NCBI GenBank assembly: GCA_000091165.1
Contig: FP565575.1
Location: 600,001 to 632,000, forward strand
From: Candidatus Methylomirabilis oxygeniifera
Lineage (GTDB): Bacteria; Methylomirabilota; Methylomirabilia; Methylomirabilales; Methylomirabilaceae
Length of the DNA: 32,000 nt
Direction: 5' to 3'
Each line of letters begins with the position of its first letter. The stretch's first letter is position 1. The notes under the pieces were generated by a model. That model was not told where the DNA came from. It saw only the letters and a program-made list of their open reading frames with translations, and ran no database searches. Position numbers and translations under genes: made by a program. Positions 23,173 to 32,000 of the stretch are shown piece after piece.

Positions 23173-23520
23173 TTATCCTTTTTCGCCGCCCAAGGCTGAC
23201 ACGGCCTGCTGCTCACTGTCAAAGATCTGAAAGACGCGATCCATTCTCGTCAGCTTGAACAAGGTCATGGTTGTCTCCTGCAATCCGCACACGACCAGCT
23301 CTCCCCGTCCTCCCATTCGCTTCAGGCTGGAGACAATCGCCCCCAAGCCACTACTGTCGATAAACTCAACCTTCGAGAGATCCAGCGCAATCATGGTATT
23401 GCCCGAAGCGATCAGTTCGGTCATCCGTTCCTTAAAATCAGTTGCGACTCTGGCATCCAGTCGATCCTCCAGTGGCGTCACAATCAGCGCATCGCCTGCT
23501 TTCCGCTGGTCAAGCTGCAT
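23173..23520 (-). CDS. STAS-domain anti-sigma-factor antagonist (RsbV/SpoIIAA-like)
   Basis: 115 aa. FIDSSGLGAIVS contains the phosphorylatable serine context. Confidence 0.85.
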   Translation of the reverse strand: MQLDQRKAGDALIVTPLEDRLDARVATDFKERMTELIASGNTMIALDLSKVEFIDSSGLGAIVSSLKRMGGRGELVVCGLQETTMTLFKLTRMDRVFQIFDSEQQAVSALGGEKG

Positions 23521-23536
23521 CGTGTGGCTCCTTTGC

Positions 23537-23851
23537 CTATTCGGGTCGCCGGACCTGGACTGTTACCGTCGCAAGGTACGTTGCCAGCCGCTCGCACAGG
23601 CTCGCCATGGCCTCCCGATCGCCGCGTGCGCCGGCCTCCTCGATCCCTCGCCCTATCTCACTGATCTCCGTGAACCCATAGCCGCCCCCCGATCCTTTCA
23701 GGTTGTGGCCTAATTGCGTAAGCTCCTCGTGCTTGCCCTCCTCGACCAACCGCTTCATCCGATCGATGTCCCGGCGTCGATTCTCCAGGAACTCCGGGAT
23801 CAGATCTTCCAGATCCTCGTCAATATAGACGACCGTCATATGCTCCCCCAT
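23537..23851 (-). CDS. Histidine phosphotransfer (Hpt) protein
   Basis: 104 aa. HNLKGSGGGYGF is the Hpt active-site pattern. Confidence 0.8.
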   Translation of the reverse strand: MGEHMTVVYIDEDLEDLIPEFLENRRRDIDRMKRLVEEGKHEELTQLGHNLKGSGGGYGFTEISEIGRGIEEAGARGDREAMASLCERLATYLATVTVQVRRPE

Positions 23852-23879
23852 TTCTACCTCTCGCTGAAAATCTCACTGA

Positions 23880-26800
23880 TCAAATCCCCCCGTGGCCCCC
23901 CTTTGCAGGGGGGAGTGGGGGGTTTTCGTCGTTGGCCAGATAGCGCCCCACCGTGTCGAGCAGCACCTGTTTCTTCAGTGGCTTTGAGAGATAATCATCC
24001 ATTCCCTGCTCCAGGCACTGCTCCCGATATCCGGCAATTGCATGCGCCGTCATCGCGATGATCGGTACCCGTCCTACGCCATGCTCGCGTTCCCATGACC
24101 TGATGGCTCGAGTTGCCTCAAATCCATCCATTTCCGGCATCTGCACGTCCATCAGGATGAGATCATAGCGGGCCTGCCTGACCGCGTTTACTGCTGCCGC
24201 CCCATTCCCGGCAATCACGACCCAGTACCCGACCTTTTCCAGAATCCTTCTCACCAGGTTCTGATTGTCTACGTTGTCCTCGACCAACAGGATGTGTCGC
24301 TGCAGTGTGGGGCGTCTCGCCTCCGGGATTGACGGCTCAGCGGGCGCCTCCGCCTCCTCCGCCCTTCGAAGCAGCCCCATCAACATATCCAAGAGCTTTG
24401 ACTGTTTGACCGGCTTGGTCAGGACCACCGTTATCCCCAGATCCTCCCTTGTCGCGGTGGGCAGCCCTTCCCATGACGAGAGCATCACCAACTTGATGTC
24501 CTGAAGTCTTGGGTCCTGTCGGATCGCCCGAGCCACGGCTGCCCCGTCCATGTCCGGCATGTGATGATCTAGAATGACGATCTGGTAGCCCGCGTGTGAC
24601 GTGCGCAACAGCGCCAGAGCCTCCTCCCCGCCTGCCGCTTCCTCTACGGTCATGCCCCATGTGTGCAGCGTTCTGCGTAGGATGAGCCGATTGGTTGGAT
24701 TGTCGTCCACGACCAGCACCGCCACGCCGCGTAGATCAGGATACGTCTCGCGTCCCGCTCTCACCGTCTCAGCTTCGGGCTCCGCTACGGTCACGACAAG
24801 ATCACAATGGAAGGTGGACCCCTTGCCGACCTCGCTCTCCACCCATATCCGCCCTCCCATCAGCTCCATGAGGGCCTTCGAGATGCTCAAGCCCAGTCCG
24901 CTCCCCCCAAAACGCCGCGCTGTGGTGGCATCAGCCTGAGCAAACGGGTCAAAGATCCTGGCCTGCTGATGTGTGGGAATGCCGATCCCCGTATCGGCCA
25001 CCGAAATATGGACCCCGATTCGCCCTGGCGCTTCGACCTGCGTCCGCTCAACCTGGATGGTCACCTCCCCGCGCTCCGTGAACTTGATGGCATTGCCCAC
25101 CAGGTTCACCAATACCTGCCTCAGGCGCATGGGGTCGCCGAGCACTCGCGAGGGCAGCGCGGGATCTACATAGCATGTCAGTTCCAGCCCCTTTTTCTGG
25201 GCCCGAATACTCAAGACCTCGGCTACGCCTTCAACCACTTCCCGCAGGTGAAAGGCCGTTTCCTCAATCGCCATCTGACCCGCCTCAATCCTGGAGAGAT
25301 CGAGGATATCGTTGATGACCGTCAGCAGCGCCTCGGAGGAGGATTGCACCACCTGTAGGAACTCTCGTTGCTCCGTCGTGAGCGCGGTGTCAAGGGTGAG
25401 CTCGGTCATCCCGATGATGGCGTTCAGCGGCGTTCGGATCTCATGGCTCATTTTGGCCAAGAACTCACCCTTGGCGCGGCTGGCCGCTTCGGCAACGGAT
25501 TTCGCCTGCTGCATGGCTGCCTCCGCCCGCTTGCGCTCTTCAACTTCCCGTCTCAGCTCTTCGGTATGACGTTGCAGCGAACCCCAGAGTCGGCTGTGCT
25601 TCACGACAATGGCTACTTGATCGGCCAGGGGGAGCAGGCGCTCAATGTCATGTGCGGCGTAGGTTCCAGCCGTCAGACTGTCGAGGAAGAAGACCCCCAG
25701 CACTTCTCCTCCGACCAGAAGGGGAAGGCTAAGCGAGGATTGGACCCCCTCCTGCGCCAGATAGGTCTCATCGCGGAACCCGGCCTCCTTTGCCAGATCG
25801 CGCGTAAGCCGGGGCTCCCCGTGGATGAGCATCCACTCGACCGCCGTATCGTTCGTCTTCGGCCAGCTCTGTTCCTGGTGGGAAGCAAGTGGAGAATGAG
25901 CGACGGAGTAGGCGACGATGAGCTGATCGCCTTCCGGGAGAATCACCCCCAGGCGGTCATAGGGGACGTACGACTCTACTGCCCGGGCAAATGTCCCGAA
26001 GACCTCGTCGAGTTCGAGCGATCGGTTCAGCAGCCGGCTCAGCGTGAAGAGCGCCTCCCACCGCGCGGCGAGGTCCTTTGTGGTCGCATACAGTTGAGCT
26101 AGTTCGGCATTGGCGGCTGCCAGGTCCGCGTCCGCGCGCTTTCGGGCGGTCACGTCTTGCTTGATCGCGATGAAATGGGTGATCTGACCTCGATCGTCTC
26201 GAACAGGGGCAATGGTCTGCTCCTCGGTGTAGAGGCTGCCGTCCTTCCGTCGGTTGATCATCTCGCCGTGCCAGATCTGCCCGGTGAGAATCGTCTCCCA
26301 GAGGGTCTTGAAGAATGCCGTGTCATGTTGATCCGACTTGAGGAGGCGTAGATTCTGACCGATCAGTTCTTGGGCTGTATAGCCGGTAAGCGGGGTAGCG
26401 GCAGGATTGGTCCAGACGATCGTCCCCTCCCGGTCGGTGATGACGATACCGTTGGCCGCAGCCTCCAATGCCGTAGTTTGCAGGTGCAGTTGGACTTCTG
26501 CCTGTTTGCGGGCGGTGATGTCACGAATCGCGGCCATTACGATCCCGCCATCCTTGGCAGGATAGTGGCTCAGCTTGATGTCCACAGGGAACTCGCGCCC
26601 ATCCTTGCGCACGCCGTAGAGTTCCAGCCCCACCCCCATGGGCCGCGTCACGGGGTGCGTGAGGTAGGTGGCACGATCCGCTGCATGCCGGCTGCGGAGA
26701 CGCTCGGGCACCAGCATCTCAAGGGGTGCGCCGTGTAGCTCCTGCTGGGTATAACCGAACAGCCGCTCGGCTTCATCGTTGGCGAGCACGATACGTCCTG

Positions 26801-27029
26801 CTTTGTCGACAAGCACCATCGCGTCCGGCGCATCCTTCACCAGCCCGCGAAACTTGGCCTCGCTTTCGGCAAGGGCATTGAGCATCTCATTCAGGCTGCC
26901 GGCCAGACGGCCGAGCTCGTCCACGACCCGTGGCGCCGCGGGACACTTGCTCACGATGCACTCATCCAAACTGGCGGCCAGCCGTTTGAGTTCGTCAATA
27001 GCCGATGCCGGGTGTAGGCTCGGGTCCAT
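23880..27029 (-). CDS. Soluble hybrid sensor histidine kinase (PAS repeats, GAF, HisKA, HATPase, two receiver domains)
   Basis: 1049 aa. H-box [10 protein letters not shown] and G-boxes DTGIGI / GGSGLGLSI. The two REC domains show [11 protein letters not shown]...DHHMPDMDG and [11 protein letters not shown]...[10 protein letters not shown]. No obvious transmembrane segment. Confidence 0.9.
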   Translation of the reverse strand: MDPSLHPASAIDELKRLAASLDECIVSKCPAAPRVVDELGRLAGSLNEMLNALAESEAKFRGLVKDAPDAMVLVDKAGRIVLANDEAERLFGYTQQELHGAPLEMLVPERLRSRHAADRATYLTHPVTRPMGVGLELYGVRKDGREFPVDIKLSHYPAKDGGIVMAAIRDITARKQAEVQLHLQTTALEAAANGIVITDREGTIVWTNPAATPLTGYTAQELIGQNLRLLKSDQHDTAFFKTLWETILTGQIWHGEMINRRKDGSLYTEEQTIAPVRDDRGQITHFIAIKQDVTARKRADADLAAANAELAQLYATTKDLAARWEALFTLSRLLNRSLELDEVFGTFARAVESYVPYDRLGVILPEGDQLIVAYSVAHSPLASHQEQSWPKTNDTAVEWMLIHGEPRLTRDLAKEAGFRDETYLAQEGVQSSLSLPLLVGGEVLGVFFLDSLTAGTYAAHDIERLLPLADQVAIVVKHSRLWGSLQRHTEELRREVEERKRAEAAMQQAKSVAEAASRAKGEFLAKMSHEIRTPLNAIIGMTELTLDTALTTEQREFLQVVQSSSEALLTVINDILDLSRIEAGQMAIEETAFHLREVVEGVAEVLSIRAQKKGLELTCYVDPALPSRVLGDPMRLRQVLVNLVGNAIKFTERGEVTIQVERTQVEAPGRIGVHISVADTGIGIPTHQQARIFDPFAQADATTARRFGGSGLGLSISKALMELMGGRIWVESEVGKGSTFHCDLVVTVAEPEAETVRAGRETYPDLRGVAVLVVDDNPTNRLILRRTLHTWGMTVEEAAGGEEALALLRTSHAGYQIVILDHHMPDMDGAAVARAIRQDPRLQDIKLVMLSSWEGLPTATREDLGITVVLTKPVKQSKLLDMLMGLLRRAEEAEAPAEPSIPEARRPTLQRHILLVEDNVDNQNLVRRILEKVGYWVVIAGNGAAAVNAVRQARYDLILMDVQMPEMDGFEATRAIRSWEREHGVGRVPIIAMTAHAIAGYREQCLEQGMDDYLSKPLKKQVLLDTVGRYLANDENPPLPPAKGGHGGI
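23881..23928. repeat. GC-rich double-stem palindromic element, copy D
   Basis: CAAATCCCCCCGTGGCCCCCCTTTGCAGGGGGGAGTGGGGGGTTTTCG. Supplies the last 16 codons ([15 protein letters not shown]) and the stop of the histidine kinase. Confidence 0.8.
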
Positions 27030-27079
27030 CCATATCCTCCTACGCGTGAAGCTGCAGCGGCCGGCTCGAAAGCCGAGCG

Positions 27080-28273
27080 CTACATCGTTTCCCTTTCAAG
27101 TGCCAGCAGGGTGATGTCGTCCTCAAACTCATCGCTGCCCCTCCAGCGCTCTATCGCCTGCTTGATACCCGCCATCGCATCTTGCAGCGGACGGTCTCTC
27201 CACTCATCCACGAGTCCCATGAGACGGGGTACGGAAAAACGCTCTCCATCCTTCCCAATACATTCCGGAATGCCGTCCGAGTAGAAGAAGAGTCGGTCGC
27301 CGGGATGCAGATACAACTCCTCTTCCTGATACGTCACATCAGGTAACATTCCTACAGGAAATCCCCCTGTTCCGAGCAGGTCGGCTTTGGCCTCCTTGGG
27401 TTGATAGATTGGGGATGGATGACCGGCCTGAGTCAGCAACAGCTTGGCATCACGGGTTTCGACGATGCCGTAAATCATGGTGAAATACTGCATCACATCG
27501 TCCTTGGACTGAAACAGTTGGTTCAAGGTGTGAATCGCCTCCGCCGGCATAGCGATGTCGTAGTGGGGGGGGTCCGGGATGAAGCGCATCAAAGGACTCC
27601 CCTGACTGGCGGTAGGTGAGAGTAGTGTGCTCAGTGTCACCGACAGCATTGCCGCAGGAATGCCGTGACCGGCCACGTCAAGAATGTAAAAGCCGGTCCG
27701 GTGCTCATTGAACTGGAAGACATTAAAGATATCGCCTGCTACGAAATGACAAGGAGTAAAGATCCACTCAAATCTGAACCCAGGGACAACCAGTGCGCGA
27801 CTTGGCAGGAGAGATCGCTGCATTGTTACAGCCGCATCAAGGTCCTCGCGAATCCTGAAGTAGGCCTCCTGTAACTTCTTGTGCTGCTCTTCAAGATTGC
27901 TTTCCAGCTTGATGATCCGTTCCCCGGCTCTGATGCGGACCTTGAGCTCTCCGGCATTGAAGGGCTTGATCAGAAAATCATCGGCGCCGGCTTCCATCCC
28001 TTTAATGAGTTCTTCTTTCGAGTGTTTGGCTGTCAGCAGGATGATATAGATATATCTCGTAAACCTTGCCCCACGGATCCGACGGCAGAGCTCTAAACCG
28101 TCCAGGTTCGGCATGATCCAGTCGGTGATCACAAAACTGAACGGTTCGTTCTGGAGGAGGTCCCACGCTTGCGCGCCGTCGATCGCCTGGACGACGTCGT
28201 ACCCCCAGCTCTGGAGGGTGTGCAGCAGCAGCCTCCGCATGTCCACATCATCGTCAACGATCAGTATCCGCAT
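27080..28273 (-). CDS. Response regulator with PP2C/SpoIIE phosphatase output (RsbU-like)
   Basis: 397 aa. REC domain (MRILIVDDD...[10 protein letters not shown]...KP) followed by a PP2C region (GDIFNV...[12 protein letters not shown]...FFYSDGIPE). Confidence 0.9.
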   Translation of the reverse strand: MRILIVDDDVDMRRLLLHTLQSWGYDVVQAIDGAQAWDLLQNEPFSFVITDWIMPNLDGLELCRRIRGARFTRYIYIILLTAKHSKEELIKGMEAGADDFLIKPFNAGELKVRIRAGERIIKLESNLEEQHKKLQEAYFRIREDLDAAVTMQRSLLPSRALVVPGFRFEWIFTPCHFVAGDIFNVFQFNEHRTGFYILDVAGHGIPAAMLSVTLSTLLSPTASQGSPLMRFIPDPPHYDIAMPAEAIHTLNQLFQSKDDVMQYFTMIYGIVETRDAKLLLTQAGHPSPIYQPKEAKADLLGTGGFPVGMLPDVTYQEEELYLHPGDRLFFYSDGIPECIGKDGERFSVPRLMGLVDEWRDRPLQDAMAGIKQAIERWRGSDEFEDDITLLALERETM

Positions 28274-28363
28274 CGTAAGCTCCTACCACTCAACCGTTCG
28301 TCTCCGACACCAATACCCCATGCACCGGTGGCGCGTCCATGGACATGAACGCCCCTCTGGCTC

Positions 28364-28457
28364 CGTCATTGCGAGCGACCGAAGGGAGTGCGGCAATCTC
28401 ACCGTCGTTGTCCTGAAGGACTGTGAGATTGCTTTGGCCTCGCCTCGCAATGACACG
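28364..28457. repeat. Long inverted repeat of the GTCATTGCGAG...CTCGCAATGAC type
   Basis: CGTCATTGCGAG (28364-28375) and CAATCTCAC (28394-28402) mirror GTGAGATTG (28423-28431) and CTCGCAATGACACG (28444-28457). Intergenic, between the E2 gene and the REC-PP2C gene. Confidence 0.6.
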
Positions 28458-28582
28458 GAGGACTCTCTAACCAATAACAATACTAGTTTAGGGCGAGGCG
28501 GGCTAAGATGCAACTACATGAGGAAGTTGGTCGGATTCGCCATGGTGTCGCTTTCCCGTGCGTTGTCAGGAACGTCAGGATC

Positions 28583-29794
28583 CTAACGAATGACGGAGAA
28601 ATCAAATCCCTCGAGCGTAGCCCGCACATGGTTGAGGAAGGCGCTGGCGTAGGCGCCGTCGATGAGGCGATGATCGTAGGAGAGACAGAGGTAGGCCATC
28701 GAACGGATGACGATCGCATCGTCAATTACGACCGGCCGCTTCACGACCCTGCCCAGGCCCAGGATGGCTGCCTGCGGTTGAACAATGATCGGCGTTCCAA
28801 TCATAGTCCCCAGCGCGCCGAAGTTGTTGACCGTGAAGGTCCCTTCGTGGACCTCCTCCAGGCTGAGCCGTTTGTCGCGAGCCCGGACGGCCAGATCAGT
28901 CAACTGTTTCGTCAGGGTCAGAAAGCTTTTCTTATCGGCCTCTCGCAGCACCGGGACAATAAGACCTTCCTCCAGGGCCACGGCGATCCCGATATTGATT
29001 GCGTGCTTGACAATAATTCCCTTATGAGTGAAGGAGGCGTTGATGAGCGGATAGGCCCGCAGGCCATCCGCGACGGCCTTTACGACAAAGGGGAGAAAGG
29101 TAAGCGCGGTCCCGGTCTCCTTGAGGAAGGCGCTATGGTGTGCCTGCCGGTAGCGGTCGATAGCCGTCATATCGACTTCGTGGATCTGCGTGACATGAGC
29201 AGCGGTCCGCTTGCTCCGGATCATATGCTCGGCGATGGCCTTTCGCATGGGGCTGATCGGGAGGATCCGGTCTTCGATAAGGGGGGCGGGGAGTTCAGGG
29301 GATACGCGAGGTGACGCGGCGACCGTCTCTGACCGCTGCGCGATGAAGTCCAGCAGATCCTTCCTCGTCACACGTCCATCTGCGCCGGTGCCTCTTACTT
29401 GGGTGAGATCGACGTCGTGTTCCTGTGCCAGGTCGAGGACGGCGGGTGAGTACCAGCGCGTTGCCGGCGCTGCGGCCTCTACTGCTGGTGCAGCGGTCTG
29501 AACCCCATCCTGCCGCTCCACTACCGACCTGTCCGGCGAGACCGCGCCGGCGTGAGAAGCCTCGCCGATATAGGCCAGCACGGCTCCGACCGACGCTGTC
29601 ACCCCTTCCTGGACGACGATCTGAGACAATACCCCGGCGGAAGGGGCGGGAATCTCGACGTCCACCTTATCCGTAGAGATAGCCACCAGCGGCTCATCTT
29701 TGGCGATCGAGTCGCCGACCTTCTTGAGCCAGGTGACGACCGTCCCCTCAGCGACGCTTTCGCCCATCTGGGGCATGACCACTTCAATGAGCAT
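28583..29794 (-). CDS. Dihydrolipoamide acyltransferase (E2) of a 2-oxo-acid dehydrogenase complex
   Basis: 403 aa. Lipoyl domain (ISTDKVDVEIPAP), a subunit-binding segment, and a catalytic domain with the DHRLIDGA motif. Confidence 0.9.
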   Translation of the reverse strand: MLIEVVMPQMGESVAEGTVVTWLKKVGDSIAKDEPLVAISTDKVDVEIPAPSAGVLSQIVVQEGVTASVGAVLAYIGEASHAGAVSPDRSVVERQDGVQTAAPAVEAAAPATRWYSPAVLDLAQEHDVDLTQVRGTGADGRVTRKDLLDFIAQRSETVAASPRVSPELPAPLIEDRILPISPMRKAIAEHMIRSKRTAAHVTQIHEVDMTAIDRYRQAHHSAFLKETGTALTFLPFVVKAVADGLRAYPLINASFTHKGIIVKHAINIGIAVALEEGLIVPVLREADKKSFLTLTKQLTDLAVRARDKRLSLEEVHEGTFTVNNFGALGTMIGTPIIVQPQAAILGLGRVVKRPVVIDDAIVIRSMAYLCLSYDHRLIDGAYASAFLNHVRATLEGFDFSVIR

Positions 29795-29803
29795 AGTCAG
29801 CGC

Positions 29804-30775
29804 TCAGAAGGCGGCCAGCTCTCGCGCCTTGCCGGCGATCGTGTCGGGATTGGGCAGATACGCCTCCTCCAGTACGGGACTGAAAGGAACAGGGGTATGG
29901 GGGGCTGCCACGCGGATAATAGGGGCATCCAGATACTGGAACAGGTCCTCGGCGATCCGAGCCGCGATCTCGCCCCCAATGCCGCCGGTCTTTGGCGCCT
30001 CATGCACCACCATTGCCCGTCCGGTCTTCTTGACCGAGGAGGCGATCGTGGACATATCCATCGGCTGAAGTGTCCGGAGGTCCACCACCTCCAGGTCGAT
30101 CCCTTCAGGTAGGAGCCGCTCCGCCGCTGCGAGTGCGTGCTGGAGCATGGCGCCGTAGGTGATGACACTGATGGTACTGCCTGATCTTTTGACCTCCGCC
30201 TGGCCGATCGGCACGATCGAATCTCCCTCCGGCACCTCCCCTTTGATGTGGCGATAGAGGTACTTGTGCTCGAAGTAGATCACGGGATTGGGATCGCGGA
30301 TGGCAGCTTTCAGGAGTCCCTTCGCATCGGCAGGAGTAGAGGGGGCCACCAGCTTCAGCCCGGCCACATGAAAGAACCACGCCTCCGGACATTGGGAATG
30401 GAACGGCCCCGCGTGGAGTCCGCCGCCGTAAGGGGCCCGAATGACCATGGGGACCGGTTCGCCGAGGCGGTAGTGATGTTTGGCCGCCATATTGACGATC
30501 TGGTCAAAGGCGCAGGCGATGAAGTCGGCGAACTGCATCTCGACGACGGGCCGCATCCCCATGAGGGCCGCGCCGATTGCGGCCCCGACGAATGCCGACT
30601 CGGACAACGGCGTATCGATCACGCGCTCCGATCCGAACTTATCTAGGAACCCCTTCGTCACCTTGAAAGCACCGCCGTAGACCCCGATGTCTTCTCCCAG
30701 CATGAAGACGCGCTCATCCCGGTCCATTTCCTCCCACAAGGCTTGGCGGATCGCTTCAAGATAGGTGATTTCCAT
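29804..30775 (-). CDS. 2-oxo-acid dehydrogenase E1 component, beta subunit
   Basis: 323 aa. Typical transketolase-like pattern (GEDIGVYGGAFKVTKGF, RVIDTPLSE). Confidence 0.93.
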   Translation of the reverse strand: MEITYLEAIRQALWEEMDRDERVFMLGEDIGVYGGAFKVTKGFLDKFGSERVIDTPLSESAFVGAAIGAALMGMRPVVEMQFADFIACAFDQIVNMAAKHHYRLGEPVPMVIRAPYGGGLHAGPFHSQCPEAWFFHVAGLKLVAPSTPADAKGLLKAAIRDPNPVIYFEHKYLYRHIKGEVPEGDSIVPIGQAEVKRSGSTISVITYGAMLQHALAAAERLLPEGIDLEVVDLRTLQPMDMSTIASSVKKTGRAMVVHEAPKTGGIGGEIAARIAEDLFQYLDAPIIRVAAPHTPVPFSPVLEEAYLPNPDTIAGKARELAAF

Positions 30776-30809
30776 CCTGTCTCCTCACAATACAACGAAT
30801 AGCTGCCGG

Positions 30810-31781
30810 CTAAGCGGCGTAGACTCCCTCAAGGAGTTCCTTCGCATCCGGAAGCGGGCTCGATTCTGCGAAGAGGACCGCTTCCTCGATCTCCTTCGCG
30901 ATGCGGTCGTCGATCGTCTTGGCGGAGGCGTCATCAAGGATCTTCCGGTCACGCAGGCAGGCGGCGAATCGATCGATGGGGTCCCGCTTTCGCCACTCTT
31001 CGAGCAGGCCGGGCGGGACATACGAGGCGTCGTCATGCTCGGCATGACCGCGCATCCGCATCGTTTTGCCTTCCACGAGAGACGGGCCGTCGCCCGCTCT
31101 CGCGCGAGCGATCGCCTCAGCGACGGCATCGTGGACGGCCAGCACATCGTTGCCGTCCACGATGATGCCAGGCATCCCGTAGGCTTTGGCGCGATCGGCA
31201 ACATGCTCGATAGCCATCTGACGAGAAAGCGGGGTGGAGTAGGCGTACTGATTGTTGTGGCAGATGAAGACGACGGGCAGTTTGAGTACCGCCGCAAGGT
31301 TCAGCGCCTCATGGAAATCACCGCGGCTTGACGCGCCGTCGCCGAAGAATGCCGCCACCACTCGCCGCTCGCGCCGAAGCTTGAAGGTCAGGGCAACGCC
31401 TGCCGCCACCGGCAGCAGGTCGGCCATCGGACTGATGAATCCGATGATGCCGCGCGTGATATCGCCGAAATGCACATTGCCGTCCCGCCCCCTGGTCAAC
31501 CCGGTCTGCCTGGCGAGGTAGTGGGTCATGTACTCCTTCGGCGTGATCCCTTTCACGAGGTTGGCGCCAAGATCCCGATGGGTAGGGGCGATAACGTCAT
31601 CGCGTTCCAGCGCTGATGCGCTTCCCACCGCGATGGCCTCTTCGCCGTTACCGAGGTAGACGCCGCCGACGATCTTTCCCTGTCGGTAGAGCGTAATCAC
31701 CCGCTGTTCCATCCCGCGGGTGAGCTTGAGGTAGTAATAGATATTCAGCAACTCGTCCGGTGCGGGCTTCCGAACCCCCAT
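30810..31781 (-). CDS. 2-oxo-acid dehydrogenase E1 component, alpha subunit (TPP-dependent)
   Basis: 323 aa. The TPP-binding region GDGASSRGDFHEALNLAAVLKLPVVFICHNNQYA. Confidence 0.93.
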   Translation of the reverse strand: MGVRKPAPDELLNIYYYLKLTRGMEQRVITLYRQGKIVGGVYLGNGEEAIAVGSASALERDDVIAPTHRDLGANLVKGITPKEYMTHYLARQTGLTRGRDGNVHFGDITRGIIGFISPMADLLPVAAGVALTFKLRRERRVVAAFFGDGASSRGDFHEALNLAAVLKLPVVFICHNNQYAYSTPLSRQMAIEHVADRAKAYGMPGIIVDGNDVLAVHDAVAEAIARARAGDGPSLVEGKTMRMRGHAEHDDASYVPPGLLEEWRKRDPIDRFAACLRDRKILDDASAKTIDDRIAKEIEEAVLFAESSPLPDAKELLEGVYAA

Positions 31782-32000
31782 CGCGCCACCTCTCCCCTGT
31801 GTGGTACAAAGCGGCTTCGCCTTAACGGGCCGTAGTATAGTCTGTCCAAACTGTGTTTGTAAATCATTTCATCATGCACGCGAACATCTTCCGCCGTCTG
31901 CTGAACAGGCTGTCCCGTGGTATTCTCAGCGTCCCATCGCGAACATCATCACGATGATCAAAGCAATAGCGACAGCCGCCACAATCAGTAGTAGGCGAGT

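Noticed and set aside
1621-23928. GC-rich palindromic repeats considered as a CRISPR array.
   Set aside because: Only three dispersed loci are present, with no regular repeat-spacer periodicity and no cas genes.
31926-32000. Possible 3' end of a minus-strand gene encoding a hydrophobic tail (TRLLLIVAAVAIALIIVMMFAMGR, stop at 31926-31928).
   Set aside because: Only 24 codons are visible at the window edge. That is too little to support a call.

Overview
GC-rich bacterial chromosomal window; the taxon cannot be assigned from sequence alone. Housekeeping blocks are gcvH (partial)-gcvPA-gcvPB (1-3178), thiD and nfi (5976-7499) and an SDR oxidoreductase (7728-8498). On the minus strand are glgP (20200-22692), a partner-switching/phosphorelay operon (22696-28273: RsbW-like kinase, STAS protein, Hpt, PAS/GAF hybrid histidine kinase, REC-PP2C phosphatase) and a 2-oxo-acid dehydrogenase E1alpha-E1beta-E2 operon (28583-31781). 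Two accessory stretches interrupt this. The first (3.8-5.3 kb) holds DUF433/DUF5615 and DinJ/YafQ TA pairs bracketed by a duplicated internal piece of the adjacent DUF523 gene. The second (8.5-20.1 kb) is a mosaic: an MNT/HEPN pair whose toxin is split by an IS3-family element, two extra copies of the SDR 3' end, two repeat families (about 220 bp and 205 bp) flanking different cargo, an orphan BrnA-like gene, a ParE-type TA pair, a Y1-transposase remnant and HicAB. The top candidate for something new is the visibly AT-richer block at 11891-17192. It encodes a Zn-ribbon-TIR protein, a J-domain protein embedded in beta-propeller-like repeats, a DUF4236 protein and a multi-pass membrane protein. 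Each gene is followed by an attC-like imperfect palindrome, so the block may be part of an integrase-less integron-type cassette array, though no integrase is visible. All domain calls come from motif recognition by eye. No searches, folding or covariance models were run.
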